IMG/VR virus record: IMGVR_UViG_3300008448_000010
DNA: 64,000 bases
Source of the DNA: an uncultured virus (IMG/VR IMGVR_UViG_3300008448_000010)
Taxonomy: Duplodnaviria; Heunggongvirae; Uroviricota; Caudoviricetes
Reading direction: 5' to 3' (one strand)
This document shows, piece by piece, positions 35,143 to 47,000 of this stretch; the stretch's first letter is position 1, and each line of letters opens with the position of its first letter. A program made the position numbers and the translations under genes. The notes beneath the pieces are model-generated. The model made no database searches. It was not told where the DNA came from and was given only the letters and a program-made list of their open reading frames with translations.

Positions 35143-36322
35143 AGAAGATACCTTAAGTAAAACAGGAAAAGATTTAATGTTGAAAGAGCCCTATTATGGG
35201 TTCTTTCTCATTAAGCTAAATAAAATTTGGAATAAAAGAATACCAACTGCTGGTGTTTGTAAAAATGGTATTAATTATCAATTAGTAATAAATGAAGATT
35301 TTTGGACAAATTTATCTGAAGATCATAGATTAGGCTTACTTAAACATGAGCTTTTACATATTGCTTTTGGTCACTTAACTACTGTATTTAAATTTAGTGA
35401 TAGAAGATTAGCAAATATTGCTATGGATATGGAAATAAATCAATATATTAGTGATGACTTATTACCAGAAGGTGGTATTGATATTAATAATTATCCTGAT
35501 TTAAATCTAAATACTAAAGCAGGTTGTAGATATTATTATGATAAGCTTAAAGAAGCTAAGAATGAGAAAGATACAAATGGTACAAGTGGTGATGAAAAGT
35601 TTGATAATCTTTGTGATCAAATGGATGCTGGTGATGGTGCTGATCTGCCTGACCATAGTACTTGGGATGAGTTTGAAAATCTTACAGAAGCTGAACAAAA
35701 ACTTATTGAGAAACAAGTACAGAAAATACTCTCAGATGCAAAAGATGACACACTTAAAAAGAGAGGTAATGTACCTGGAGAAATAGAAGGTGTTCTTATA
35801 CTTGAAGAAGTTGTTGCTGCTAAGTTTGATTGGAAAGGATATATCAGAAGATTTAATGGAATTTCAACTAAAGTTTATACTAAGAAAGTTAGAAGAAAAG
35901 AAAATAAAAGATATGATGCAAATCCTGGCCTTAAAATTAAGATGAAACAACATATGTTATTGGGTATTGATACTTCTGGTTCAGTAAGTGATCATGAACT
36001 ACAAGAGTTTATGAATGAAATACACCATATACATAAATCAGGTGTAGATATTACAGTTATACAATGTGATACTAGAATCAATTCTATTGAACCTTACAAA
36101 GGTAAATTAGAAATGACTGTATCAGGAAGAGGAGGAACAGAGTTTGATCCTGTCTTAAATTATTATAATGAAAATCAAGGTTTATATACAAGTTTAGTAT
36201 ATTTTACTGACGGTGAATGTAATACATCTGTAACACCAAAAGGAAATGTTCTTTGGGTTTTGTCAGAACAATCATATATGAATGAAGATCTTCCAGGTAA
36301 GGTCATTAAATTAGAATTATAA
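35135..36322 (+). CDS. DUF2201-type metallopeptidase plus VWA domain protein
   Basis: HELLH, AMDMEIN, DTSGS MIDAS, GRGGT, TDG. Confidence 0.85.
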   Translation: MTREDTLSKTGKDLMLKEPYYGFFLIKLNKIWNKRIPTAGVCKNGINYQLVINEDFWTNLSEDHRLGLLKHELLHIAFGHLTTVFKFSDRRLANIAMDMEINQYISDDLLPEGGIDINNYPDLNLNTKAGCRYYYDKLKEAKNEKDTNGTSGDEKFDNLCDQMDAGDGADLPDHSTWDEFENLTEAEQKLIEKQVQKILSDAKDDTLKKRGNVPGEIEGVLILEEVVAAKFDWKGYIRRFNGISTKVYTKKVRRKENKRYDANPGLKIKMKQHMLLGIDTSGSVSDHELQEFMNEIHHIHKSGVDITVIQCDTRINSIEPYKGKLEMTVSGRGGTEFDPVLNYYNENQGLYTSLVYFTDGECNTSVTPKGNVLWVLSEQSYMNEDLPGKVIKLEL

Positions 36323-36332
36323 AAAGAAAATT

Positions 36333-37502
36333 ATGAGTCAAGTACAATTAAATGTTGAAGAATTAAAAGGGTTTATTAAGCATATGGTTGGTAACAACCA
36401 ACATATTCAAAAGGAAGGTAAGGTTCCTGTAGCTATTAATATTGAAGGAGATGCAGGTCTTGGTAAAACTTCTGCTATTATGCAATTAGGTAAAGAACTT
36501 GATATGCAAGTGGTAAAGTTAAATTTATCTCAGTTAGAAGAATTAGGTGATTTAGTTGGTTTTCCTGTAAAAGAATTTGAAATAAAAAATGCTGAAGGTA
36601 AAACTACCTGGATTAATGAATCTCAGATAAATGCAGCTACTGCAAAAGGTTATAAAATATCAGGAAAAAGAATGTCCCATGCTGCTCCTGAGTGGATTCA
36701 AGGCAAAGGTGAAGGTGGTTTCTTGGTATTAGATGATTATACTAGAGCTGACCATAGATTCATGCAAGCTACTATGGAAATCTTAGATAGACAAGAATAT
36801 GTTTCTTGGAAACTTCCTAAAAACTGGCATGTAATCTTAACTACTAATCCAGACAATGGTGACTATAATGTTACTAGTCTTGATGTAGCTCAGAAAACAA
36901 GATTTATCTCATGTGAGCTTAAATATGATGTAAAAGTATGGGCTAAGTGGGCTGAGACCGCAAATATTGATGGTAGATGTATAAATTTTATGCTAATGCA
37001 TCCTGAATTAGTCACACAAAAGATTAATCCAAGATCAGTAACTACATTCTTTAATGCTATTAGTTCTATTTCTAAGTTTGAACAAGAATTACCTTTAATC
37101 CAAATGATTGGTGAAGGTTCAGTTGGTCCAGACTTTAGTTCTATGTTTACTATGTTTATTAATAATAAATTAGATAAGATTATTTCTCCGGAAGATATCT
37201 TGACTAAAGATGAAGCATATGTAATGGGAGCATTAGATGCTTCTGTAGGTAAAGATGATGATTTTAGAGCAGACTTATCTAGTATTATTGCTACCAGAGT
37301 AATAAATTATTCTTTGGTTTATTCTGAAAAGAATACAATTACAGATGCATTTACTAATAGACTAATTAAACTTACTACAGATTGTAATGCATTTACTGAT
37401 GACCTTAGATATTATATGATTAAGGAAATTGTAAATGGCAATAAACTTAAGTTTAGTAAACTGATGATGAACAGTGATGTTGTAAAGATGGCTGTAAAAT
37501 AA
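36333..37502 (+). CDS. MoxR-type AAA+ ATPase
   Basis: GDAGLGKT, LDD, TTNP, PRS; adjacent to the VWA gene. Confidence 0.8.
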   Translation: MSQVQLNVEELKGFIKHMVGNNQHIQKEGKVPVAINIEGDAGLGKTSAIMQLGKELDMQVVKLNLSQLEELGDLVGFPVKEFEIKNAEGKTTWINESQINAATAKGYKISGKRMSHAAPEWIQGKGEGGFLVLDDYTRADHRFMQATMEILDRQEYVSWKLPKNWHVILTTNPDNGDYNVTSLDVAQKTRFISCELKYDVKVWAKWAETANIDGRCINFMLMHPELVTQKINPRSVTTFFNAISSISKFEQELPLIQMIGEGSVGPDFSSMFTMFINNKLDKIISPEDILTKDEAYVMGALDASVGKDDDFRADLSSIIATRVINYSLVYSEKNTITDAFTNRLIKLTTDCNAFTDDLRYYMIKEIVNGNKLKFSKLMMNSDVVKMAVK

Positions 37503-37518
37503 ATTAATTATTAATCAT

Positions 37519-37546
37519 AATAAGGGAGGGTAAAACTTCCCTTATT
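37519..37546 (+). terminator. hairpin terminator
   Basis: AATAAGGGAGG...CTTCCCTTATT. Confidence 0.6.
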
Positions 37547-37560
37547 TAATATAAAACAAA

Positions 37561-38835
37561 ATGGCATATTTATATTTAAATTTTGACTACACATATTCAG
37601 ATACAACATTAAATAATTTTAATGTAAGAATTGAAACTACAAATTATTTTGACCCGAGTACTGATGCTTTTAATATTGTTAAAAATGAATATACTCCTAT
37701 GAAAGGAGATAAACTTTATTTTTTACCAGGAGTTAATATTCCTAGAATAAAACTTAAAGATTTGGCTACTAAATTTGGTATCCGTACAGTAAGAGATGTA
37801 AATGAAGCAACTATAATATTTGGTTCATCAAAAACAAAAGATAAAATGACAGGTTCTTCATGGAAATATAAAATTCCAACAACTCTTGTACAATTATTTT
37901 TTGAAACATATAAAAATGATATGGATGATCATCAATTCAGTAAAATAGATAATGCATTAGAATTTTATACAGAAGAATATATTTTAACTGATTGGTCTAC
38001 AGCAAGAAATTTTACAGATACTGATTGTCCACAATTTAATAGTTATTCTTTACAACCAGCATACTTAGATTATGTAAATAACAAAAAAAGTAGTTCTGAA
38101 TATGTTTATGATGTAACTACAGAATACCTAAGTATTTTTAATAGTCTTAAAGATAGAGAAATTATAGATGAATCTTGTTTATTAGATCAACTTAATGGAG
38201 ATGATGCTGTTATAATAGATGCTGATATGTTTACACAATTATCTACAATGTTTAATAGTTCAGATGATGATAATCATATTCTTGCTATGGAGATACTAGC
38301 TAATTCTAAGTATAAAGAAAGTTTATTATATATTGAAATGTTATTTAAAGATTATTCATATAAAATAGGAAATTGTCATACTAAAAATCATGTTAATTTT
38401 AAATCTTTATTAAGTTATTTAGGTAAAGCTAATAGATATATTGACACTAGTTTAGATGATATAATGGAATCTTTAATATCTAAAAAAGTTTTAACTAAGG
38501 ATAAAATAGATATATTACTTGAAAATTATGGTGAAGAAATAAAAAATAGAGGAGACTCAACTTACTTTAAAGTGCAGACAATAACAGTAAATGAAGATAC
38601 TCTAAGTTTATTAAATGAAAATTATAATTATAAAGTTATTAAAGACTATGAGCCTTTAATTGTTGAAAACTTAGAAGAAGAAGAATTAGATGAAGTTATA
38701 GAAGATGAATTAATAAATGAAATTGTTAATGAACCCATAGAAATTGAAATAATGATTGAAGAGGAAAAAGAATTACAAATATTAACAGAATCTAAAACAG
38801 AATCTAATGAATTTACAGATATCGACTGGTTCTGA
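37561..38835 (+). CDS. hypothetical protein with acidic tail (possible BRCT-like segment)
   Basis: 424 aa; ends DIDWF. Confidence 0.7.
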   Translation: MAYLYLNFDYTYSDTTLNNFNVRIETTNYFDPSTDAFNIVKNEYTPMKGDKLYFLPGVNIPRIKLKDLATKFGIRTVRDVNEATIIFGSSKTKDKMTGSSWKYKIPTTLVQLFFETYKNDMDDHQFSKIDNALEFYTEEYILTDWSTARNFTDTDCPQFNSYSLQPAYLDYVNNKKSSSEYVYDVTTEYLSIFNSLKDREIIDESCLLDQLNGDDAVIIDADMFTQLSTMFNSSDDDNHILAMEILANSKYKESLLYIEMLFKDYSYKIGNCHTKNHVNFKSLLSYLGKANRYIDTSLDDIMESLISKKVLTKDKIDILLENYGEEIKNRGDSTYFKVQTITVNEDTLSLLNENYNYKVIKDYEPLIVENLEEEELDEVIEDELINEIVNEPIEIEIMIEEEKELQILTESKTESNEFTDIDWF

Positions 38836-39826
38836 TGAACTAGATAACTTTTATAAAAAAGATTTTTATTTTAGTTATAGCAGTATAAATAAACTTTTGT
38901 TTTCACCAAGAATGTTTTATTCTCATTATGTATTAAAGCAGAAGGAAGATAGTAAGGATGCTCACCTGGTAACAGGGAGTGTCCTTCATTGTCTTTTATT
39001 TGAACCGGATACCTTTGATGATAAATTTATTTTATTACCTGGAAAACTACCAAGTGGAAATAATAAAATAATTATTGATAATATTTTTAAATATCATTTC
39101 AAATCAGAAAATAATTTATTATCTTTGGATGATTATTCTCAGGAGATTATTTCTGAGCTCTATACAATTAACTTACACCAATCTCTCAAAACAGATCAGC
39201 AAAGGCTTGATAAAATTCTCACAACAGATCACAAGGAATACTTTGAATTTTTAAAATTAAGTTTATCTAAAGCAATAGTAGATCAAGACACTTTGAGCGG
39301 CTGCAAAGTAAGTGTTGAGATACTTAAACTTAACAGTTCTGTTAGGGCTTTACTTCAACTTGATAAAACAAAAGAAGATGCTCACATCACTGTGTATAAT
39401 GAGTTGCCATTAGCTATTGATGTTGATAATTTATCTTTTGGTTTTAAAGGTATATTGGATAATGTTGTTATAGACTCTGAGTCTAAAACTGTATTTATTA
39501 ATGACCTTAAAACAACTGGTAAAAACTTAATAGACTTTCCAGAATCAGTTCAGTATTATAAGTATTGGATGCAAGCTGTTGTATATGAAAAATTAGTTTT
39601 TCAAAAGTTTATAAAAGATTTACCAGATAGTCTTGAATGGAATATAATTGTTACATTTATTGTAATAGATAAATACAACCAAGTGTATCCTTTTCAAGTC
39701 TCACAAGAAAGTTTAACTCTTTGGCAAGATAACTTTGAAAAAATTATTGATACTGTAAAGTACCATTATGAAAATAAAGACTATACTTTACCTTATGAGT
39801 TAGCAATTGGTAATTTAAAATTGTAA
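38807..39826 (+). CDS. PD-(D/E)XK exonuclease (RecE/ExoVIII-like)
   Basis: SYSS, GS.LH, E...KGILD...DLKT, Q..VY. Confidence 0.8.
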   Translation: MNLQISTGSDELDNFYKKDFYFSYSSINKLLFSPRMFYSHYVLKQKEDSKDAHLVTGSVLHCLLFEPDTFDDKFILLPGKLPSGNNKIIIDNIFKYHFKSENNLLSLDDYSQEIISELYTINLHQSLKTDQQRLDKILTTDHKEYFEFLKLSLSKAIVDQDTLSGCKVSVEILKLNSSVRALLQLDKTKEDAHITVYNELPLAIDVDNLSFGFKGILDNVVIDSESKTVFINDLKTTGKNLIDFPESVQYYKYWMQAVVYEKLVFQKFIKDLPDSLEWNIIVTFIVIDKYNQVYPFQVSQESLTLWQDNFEKIIDTVKYHYENKDYTLPYELAIGNLKL

Positions 39827-39829
39827 ATT

Positions 39830-40396
39830 ATGGCTTTAACTGCGCTTTATAGGAAGTATTTCCAAAAGTCTAAGATATTTATGTATCCTATCTTAGATAT
39901 AAAAAGAGGATCATGTGCTGTTCCAACTGAAACATATATTAGTTGGAAAGATATACATAACTCTGAGGATGCAAAACTAATCTGTGTTTATCACACTAAA
40001 AATGACCCAGAATATATCCAGTTTGAAAATAATGTTTTATTAAAACATAACAGACTATGTGATTATTCTAAGGTAGATAGCACAACTAGTGTATTTATAT
40101 TTGATTTTTCTGATTTAAAAAATGATTGGTTCCAATTTGTAAATGGAAAATATAGTAAAATCAATGAGAATCTGAAGCGCAAAATTTTAAATTATTTTGA
40201 TGATAATAGTGCAAACCATATCTATGTAGAAAGTTATTTGTTTCCAGATAAGTTTTATGAACAATATGCAAGTATACTAAATGTAGATGTTAGCTTGCTT
40301 AAAACAGTAGGTGAATTATGTACTAAACCTGATTTAGAAAAAGAAACACTATTAATTATAGTAGAAAATTTGGAAAATATAAAAATTCTAAATTAA
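39830..40396 (+). CDS. hypothetical protein
   Basis: ORF track; F.NGKYSK motif. Confidence 0.75.
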   Translation: MALTALYRKYFQKSKIFMYPILDIKRGSCAVPTETYISWKDIHNSEDAKLICVYHTKNDPEYIQFENNVLLKHNRLCDYSKVDSTTSVFIFDFSDLKNDWFQFVNGKYSKINENLKRKILNYFDDNSANHIYVESYLFPDKFYEQYASILNVDVSLLKTVGELCTKPDLEKETLLIIVENLENIKILN

Positions 40397-40426
40397 TTTG
40401 TATTAACTTTATAAAAAATTAAAAAA

Positions 40427-40804
40427 ATGACAGAAAAATCAATGATGCTGGTTCAAGCAACCTGGCAAGACAAACAAACTTTTAGGTTAATACCTATTAG
40501 TGATAGTTGTCCTTATGTAGAATGTATATTTGATCCGGGAAGTAAGGTTTTTGTAATCATCTCTAAAATTAAAAGAACATCTTTACAGATGCTTCCTAAA
40601 TTAGATGAATATGGTCAACCTATTGCAGGAAGTAAGGGTCACCGTGAAGAAAGACATAAATTAGATGTGTTTCAAGAATTTTATATTGAAGACAAGATAG
40701 CTGTTAAAGACTTAATACATCTTTTTGGTATCAATGCTAAAACATTTAATTATGAAGCATTTATGTCTGAAAAAGAAGAAGAACTACCTGTAGCAGGAGT
40801 TTAA
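40427..40804 (+). CDS. hypothetical protein
   Basis: ORF track; terminator hairpin at ~40821-40851. Confidence 0.75.
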   Translation: MTEKSMMLVQATWQDKQTFRLIPISDSCPYVECIFDPGSKVFVIISKIKRTSLQMLPKLDEYGQPIAGSKGHREERHKLDVFQEFYIEDKIAVKDLIHLFGINAKTFNYEAFMSEKEEELPVAGV

Positions 40805-40891
40805 ATTAAATAACAAAAGTAAAGGGTGGATATTATTGTTCACCCTTTTTTATTAACTAAACGGGGAAACAGCTTAACTGAATGATAGCCT

Positions 40892-42790
40892 ATGAGAACA
40901 CATTGGGTAATGGATTATGAGACTTTATCAAACTGCTTTCTTGGAGTATTTGAGTCTGTAAATTCTGAAGAACAACATATCTTTGTTGTTCATGAATCAA
41001 GAAATGATATAGTAGAACTTTTAAAATTCTTTGAAAGAAATGTTTCTTTTGATGAATGGCATGTATCCTTTAATGGATTAAGTTTTGATAGTCAGATTAC
41101 TGAATACATAATAAGAAATAAATATGAGTTATTAGATGAACCTGCAGAAACTGTTGCAAAATTTATTTATGCAAAAGCACAGGACATAATAACTAATCAA
41201 AATGAAAATAAATTTTCTGAATTTAGTCCTAAAGATTTACATATAAAACAAATAGATGTTTTTAAATTAAATCATTGGGATAATCCAGCAAAAAGAAGTT
41301 CATTGAAATGGATACAATATACTATGGATTGGCTAAACATAAAAGATATGCCAATACACCATGCTAGTAGTATCACAGAAGACCAAATAGAAAGTATAAT
41401 AAGTTACTGTATAAATGATGTTAAGTCTACAAAGGCCATAATGCATTTAAGTAAGGAACAGATTGCTCTTAGAAAAACTTTAACTGAAGAATATAATATT
41501 AATTTATTTAGTGCTTCAGAACCAAGGATATCTAAAGAGTTGTTTTTACATTTCTTACATAAGCATACTGGTATACCAAAATGGGATCTTAAAAATATGA
41601 GAACAAGTAGACCAAAGATAGTAGTTAAAGATATTATACTACCTTATATAGAGTTTAAGACAGCAAGTTTCCAAAATCTTCTTAAAAAATTCCAGGACGT
41701 AATTTTATATCCAGGAGAAACTAAAGGAGGATTTAAATACTCTGTAAACTATAGAGGTGTTAAAACTGATTTTGGTTTAGGTGGTGTTCATGGTGCTAGA
41801 ACTAGTAAAGTATATAACTCTACTGAAGATACTATAATCATGACATCAGATGTTACTAGTTTCTATCCAAATTTAGCAATTAGAAACAAATGGTCTCCTG
41901 CTCATTTACCAAGAGAAGAATTTTGTAACCTGTATGAATGGTTCTTTGAGGAAAGAAAAAAGATTCCTAAGAAAGATCCTAAGAATTATGTATATAAAAT
42001 TATATTAAACTCTACTTATGGGCTCAGTAATGATGCTAATAGTTTTCTATATGATCCTGAGTTTACTATGAGGATTACAATTAATGGTCAGCTTAGTCTT
42101 ACTATGTTATATGAGATGATATGTGAAGGGATTCCCGAAGCTATTCCTATAATGCAAAATACTGATGGTTTAGAAACTATAATACCAAAAGATAAAGTAG
42201 ATAGGTATAAGGAAATATGTGCTGAGTGGGAAAAAATAACAATGCTAGAACTGGAACATGATACATATAGTAAAATTGTTTTAGGTGATGTAAATAATTA
42301 TATAGCAGTTACAGTAGATGGTAAGTCTAAATGTAAGGGTAGATTTGAGTATAAAGATTTAGCTCTTCATAAAAATAAAAGTTTCTTAATTATACCAATA
42401 GCTCTTCATGAGTTTTTTGTAAATGGTGTTGAACCTATAGATACAATTAAAGCTAACAAAAACATATTTGATTTTTGTGGTGGTGTAAAAATAAAAGGAG
42501 ATTGGAATTTTTGGGAACATGTAATTAAAGAAGGAGAATACAGTGTAAATGAAATACAACACACTATTAGATATTATATGTCTAACAATGGAAGTAAGAT
42601 TGTTAAGAAAAATAATACAGACAATAGAGAGATACAAATAGAAGCTGGAAAGTGGATGCAAAGTATCTTTATAAATTATGAAGAAAAAGAATTTTCTGAT
42701 TATGATATTAATTATGATTACTACATACAAAAAGTAAAAAAAGAAATAGAAGGGCTTATGCCTAATAGAAACCAATTAAGTTTATTTTAA
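40892..42790 (+). CDS. polB: family B DNA polymerase with 3'-5' exonuclease
   Basis: DYE, FNG..FD, YC.ND, DVTSFYPN, KIILNSTYG, NTDG, NNY, KG. Confidence 0.92.
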   Translation: MRTHWVMDYETLSNCFLGVFESVNSEEQHIFVVHESRNDIVELLKFFERNVSFDEWHVSFNGLSFDSQITEYIIRNKYELLDEPAETVAKFIYAKAQDIITNQNENKFSEFSPKDLHIKQIDVFKLNHWDNPAKRSSLKWIQYTMDWLNIKDMPIHHASSITEDQIESIISYCINDVKSTKAIMHLSKEQIALRKTLTEEYNINLFSASEPRISKELFLHFLHKHTGIPKWDLKNMRTSRPKIVVKDIILPYIEFKTASFQNLLKKFQDVILYPGETKGGFKYSVNYRGVKTDFGLGGVHGARTSKVYNSTEDTIIMTSDVTSFYPNLAIRNKWSPAHLPREEFCNLYEWFFEERKKIPKKDPKNYVYKIILNSTYGLSNDANSFLYDPEFTMRITINGQLSLTMLYEMICEGIPEAIPIMQNTDGLETIIPKDKVDRYKEICAEWEKITMLELEHDTYSKIVLGDVNNYIAVTVDGKSKCKGRFEYKDLALHKNKSFLIIPIALHEFFVNGVEPIDTIKANKNIFDFCGGVKIKGDWNFWEHVIKEGEYSVNEIQHTIRYYMSNNGSKIVKKNNTDNREIQIEAGKWMQSIFINYEEKEFSDYDINYDYYIQKVKKEIEGLMPNRNQLSLF

Positions 42791-42791
42791 T

Positions 42792-43982
42792 ATGCCAAAG
42801 AAAATTAAAGATTGCACATGGGATTACCTAACAGGAATTCCTTTACCGGTACATGCTGATACATATACAGTTATAAGTCATGAAAATGTGATGGATTACT
42901 CAAAAACAGCATTAATTAATGCAGGTTTTACAATTGAAAGAGAAGAATATAGAGCAACTGCTGATGGGCAGATTGCTCAGGGAGTTTTTAGATTACACTA
43001 TGGAACTGACCAAGAATTATCAATGATGTTTGCATGGACTAATAGTTATAATAAGCAAGTAAGGTTTAAGTGTGGTGTTGGTGCTTATATAAATACTAAC
43101 GGTACTGTGATGGTGTGTGGAGATATGGGTAGCTGGGCAAGAAAACATACAGGAACAGCTGACACAGAAACAATAGCTACAATTACTGAACAAGTAACAA
43201 ATGCTCACATGTATTATAATCAATTAGTATCTGATAAAAATGTTATGCAAACTATTAGCATGACTAAAAGAAAACAAGCACAGTTACTAGGAATATTATT
43301 TGCTGAGTATCAAATACTTACTACTGAACAAGCTAGTATAGTAAGACAACAAATGGATAAACCAAGTTATGTGTTTGCAGATAATAATAGTCTATGGGCA
43401 TTTTATAACTATGTTACTTTAGCTTTACAGCAGTCACATCCTAAAACATGGATGGAAGATCAAAGAATATTACATTATTTTATTAATTCTGTAAATAATT
43501 TTCCAGTGTGCAGTCAACCTGCACAGGTCCCTGAAGATGAAGTTATAGTTACTGAAGACACTGAAGCTAATTTTAATTTTAAAGATGTTATAGAAGCAAT
43601 TGATCCTAATCAAATTAGTTTGTTAGATCAGATTGCTGACATGGAAGCTGATATGATGGATGAAGATGTTAAATATGCTGCAAATGATGAAGAAGAAATC
43701 TATGATGAATTAGAAGTAGAAGAACTAGCTTTAGAGCAACCTGAAGAATCTATATTGCAATATACCGATAGAGATGGTAATACATTTGAAGCTATAGAAT
43801 TTCATAATGCAGCTGTAGAACATTCATTAGAACCTACTGTTGAAGACTATGAGTTATATGAAGCTGATCTGAATACATTAGAAACAAAAAAAATAGATAA
43901 AAAAGAAGAAGCTAACTTTGATTTAGATTTTACATCCACTACAGATGCAGAAGATAATGAGAGTGTTGCAGATTTCTTTTAA
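42792..43982 (+). CDS. DUF932/DUF945-like protein with long acidic tail
   Basis: NSY...G.....NG...KHT...SLWAFYN.VT pattern; C-terminal third Asp/Glu-rich. Confidence 0.6.
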   Translation: MPKKIKDCTWDYLTGIPLPVHADTYTVISHENVMDYSKTALINAGFTIEREEYRATADGQIAQGVFRLHYGTDQELSMMFAWTNSYNKQVRFKCGVGAYINTNGTVMVCGDMGSWARKHTGTADTETIATITEQVTNAHMYYNQLVSDKNVMQTISMTKRKQAQLLGILFAEYQILTTEQASIVRQQMDKPSYVFADNNSLWAFYNYVTLALQQSHPKTWMEDQRILHYFINSVNNFPVCSQPAQVPEDEVIVTEDTEANFNFKDVIEAIDPNQISLLDQIADMEADMMDEDVKYAANDEEEIYDELEVEELALEQPEESILQYTDRDGNTFEAIEFHNAAVEHSLEPTVEDYELYEADLNTLETKKIDKKEEANFDLDFTSTTDAEDNESVADFF

Positions 43983-44013
43983 TGATGCTTATGGATTAAG
44001 CATATTATCAAGA

Positions 44014-44047
44014 AAAGGGGGTACAGAAATGTGCTCCCTTTTTTTTT
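44014..44047. terminator. bidirectional terminator between the convergent gene blocks
   Basis: AAGGGGGTAC-agaaat-GTGCTCCCTT with A- and T-tracts on the flanks. Confidence 0.75.
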
Positions 44048-44051
44048 AATC

Positions 44052-47000
44052 CTACCCTTTCAAGTTTGTAAATATTTCTTGCTTCTTAATAGCCCAGTAA
44101 GGACTTAAATTCTTACCTGATAATCCAAGTATGCTACCCAAATGATTCCATATTTTATACTCACCTTCTTGTTGCCATCCATATGGACCAACTTCTTGTT
44201 TGTAAACAGCTTTCTCATTTCCTGTAATTATGTATCCTAAGTCTTTAAAAATCTTAAGATAAAGATCTAATGTAGGCCCCATCATAATGTTAGTTGTTTT
44301 GGTAAAGTCTAACCATTCACCTGCTCCTAATGGAGTCATACTAGTATTTTCTTTTTGTACCATGATAATTTGATAAAGCATATGATTTGCAACCCAACCT
44401 GCCGTACCATATTTTGCCTCTCTTTCTTTTAGTTTTTGAAATCTATCTTCATCATCTCCTTTGAATCCAAATAATAAAGATATTGCCACACCTGATATGA
44501 ATATTAACATACCTTCTGTAAGAATTTCATAGATAGCAATTTTTTCTTCCTCTTTCATAATTGGCCAATAGTTTTTAGCATCTGTAAGTAATTTAGTCAT
44601 ATTCTGTACAAATGTAATATACTTACCTTTAGTAGTTTCATTTAAATCCCAATCCCATACAGCTCCACCACGGTTACCTTTTGAAGTATCCATTTGGAAT
44701 CTAGATAAAAACATACCTGTACCAAACTTTCTTGAGAATGATGCTACATCATATAGTAAATGTTTTTCTGCAGTAGGACCTTCAATTGCTGCAACACTAC
44801 CATTTAATTTTTTATTAGTACTTGACATTCTAAGTTTCATCATATTAAACTTAGTATTTCTAGATATAATAAGTTCTTTACCATCTTCTAATTTAGCATT
44901 TGTTTCTATTTTATTTTTCTTTGCTAACTCTTCAACAGTCATATGATATTGTTTAGCAATTGATGCTAAGGTATCTCCCGCAACTACAGTATGATCAGTA
45001 TAGTTCATTCCCCATTCAGGATTAATACCATCTTTTATTTTTGCAATACCATCTTCACCTATTACAAAAGCATCTGCATATCTAATTTTTGTAACTGAAC
45101 CATCAGGTTGTACCTGATCAACTTCTTGCCATTCCATTAAACCAAAGCCTAATTCAAGTGCCCCTTGTACCTCTGTTAATTTTCTATCAGCAAACATCCA
45201 AGTAGCATCTAATAAATTTTTAACTGCTGTATTTGTATGAGTTCTTTTTGCATCTTTTTTAGTTTTACCTGGAGACATATCAAATGCATCCATTAATTGC
45301 ATATCTAAACTTTTCAGACCTGTTGTATATGTACCTGATGTAGCATAATCAAACATAGCTTTATAAGTTCTAATTTCTCCTCTTGCCATTGCAGGAAAAT
45401 TAATATATTTTCCACCTGCAGTTTTTATAAGTTTTTGAAAAGTCATTCCTCCTTTATTCTTAATAGTAGAAATAGGATTTAAAGCATAAAATGCAAAACT
45501 TGCAGCTCCCATTGCTTTTCTTGTTATCTTAGATAAAACAGGATTTTCTTGTTGAAATTCACTCACATTTTCTCCATACCATAGTCTATTAATAACATCT
45601 TTAGCAAACTGGTATCTTTGATTAGTATCTCTTTTTAAAAACACTGCTGTTTTATCTTGAGCATTAGATAATTTACTACTTGCCATATCTAGTTTATCTA
45701 ATGCATTATCTGGATCTCCAAGAACATCAAGAATAGCTGTAGCTGAAGACTGTGAGTCAATCAAAACTTTTTGTATATCTAAAGAGTTCATGTAGTTTAA
45801 TTCAGATGTTATTACATCTAAAGAAACTGCTTTAATTGGCATTTTGTATAAACCAGATACTGGAACTTTTGGTATTGGTTTCCCTTGTAAATCAGTTGGA
45901 ACATATATAAACTTAGGATCAAAATTTGCTTGACCAGATTCCGGGTCATCTGAAGCTTTAGTTACTGAAGCTCTTAAGGCATCTCCAATAGCTGATGTTT
46001 TATCTTTTATATCATCAGATAATGCACCAGATTGACCATATTCAATAGTAGTAGCTATTCTAAATCTAGGAAAATCTAAATACATTCTAGATGCATAAGG
46101 ACTATCTTCTTGATTTTTAAGTCTTTGTTTTTTAATAGCTTCAAGTAATTTAAACTCAGGACTATTAGCTTTTTTCATTTCATAGTACCTTTCATTCATA
46201 TACTTTCCAAAAGTACTTCCTATAGCTTGTTCTTTAGGTAAAAAGTTTCCACGGTTATCAATATGAGTACCAACTTCTAACTCAACTTTACCTGTCTTAG
46301 CATTAAAGCCTGTTTTATATTTATCTTTAATTTTAGTATAAGAATATTTTGCAATTGGAACACCATCAATAGTTATCTTTTCACCAGTGATAGGATCTAT
46401 AAGTTCTGTCTTTTTAAAATACTTAGGATTTGAAGGTTTTGAAACTGTCCAAGCCTTAGTTCTAAAAAATCTAGATTCATATACTCCAAGTTCAGGATTG
46501 AATACATTTTTTTCATAGTGATTTCTATCAAACCATTCTGAAAATCTTGGATTATCTGCTTTTGCTTGAAGAGTATTTTGTGAATTAATCCAATCATCTG
46601 CAGTATCAATTGTAATAGGTTCCAATTCAAGTTCTCCTAGTGCAGTATTAAATGAATCAACATAATAATCAGTAGCAACATTATCTGTTAACTCTGCTAA
46701 TTTTTTGAATAAACCTCTTAAGTATGTAATTTCTTGATCTGATAAACCAAAGGCTGTTCTATTAGCTACAAGTGACTGATACTCATTCTTTTGTTCTTGG
46801 GTCATTTGAGATGCTTTTCCTGCACCAATTATTTTTTCTTCATAATACCTAAGCTTATAAGCTTCAGTTTTTGATAAACCAGTTTTTTTATCAAAGCTCT
46901 CAGAAAGAAGTACTATTTCTTCTTCAATAGCTTTAAGTTTTCTGATAGAGTCAATTCCAAGTTCAGTTCCATTTGGTTCTCCATCTTTATCTGTTACTCT

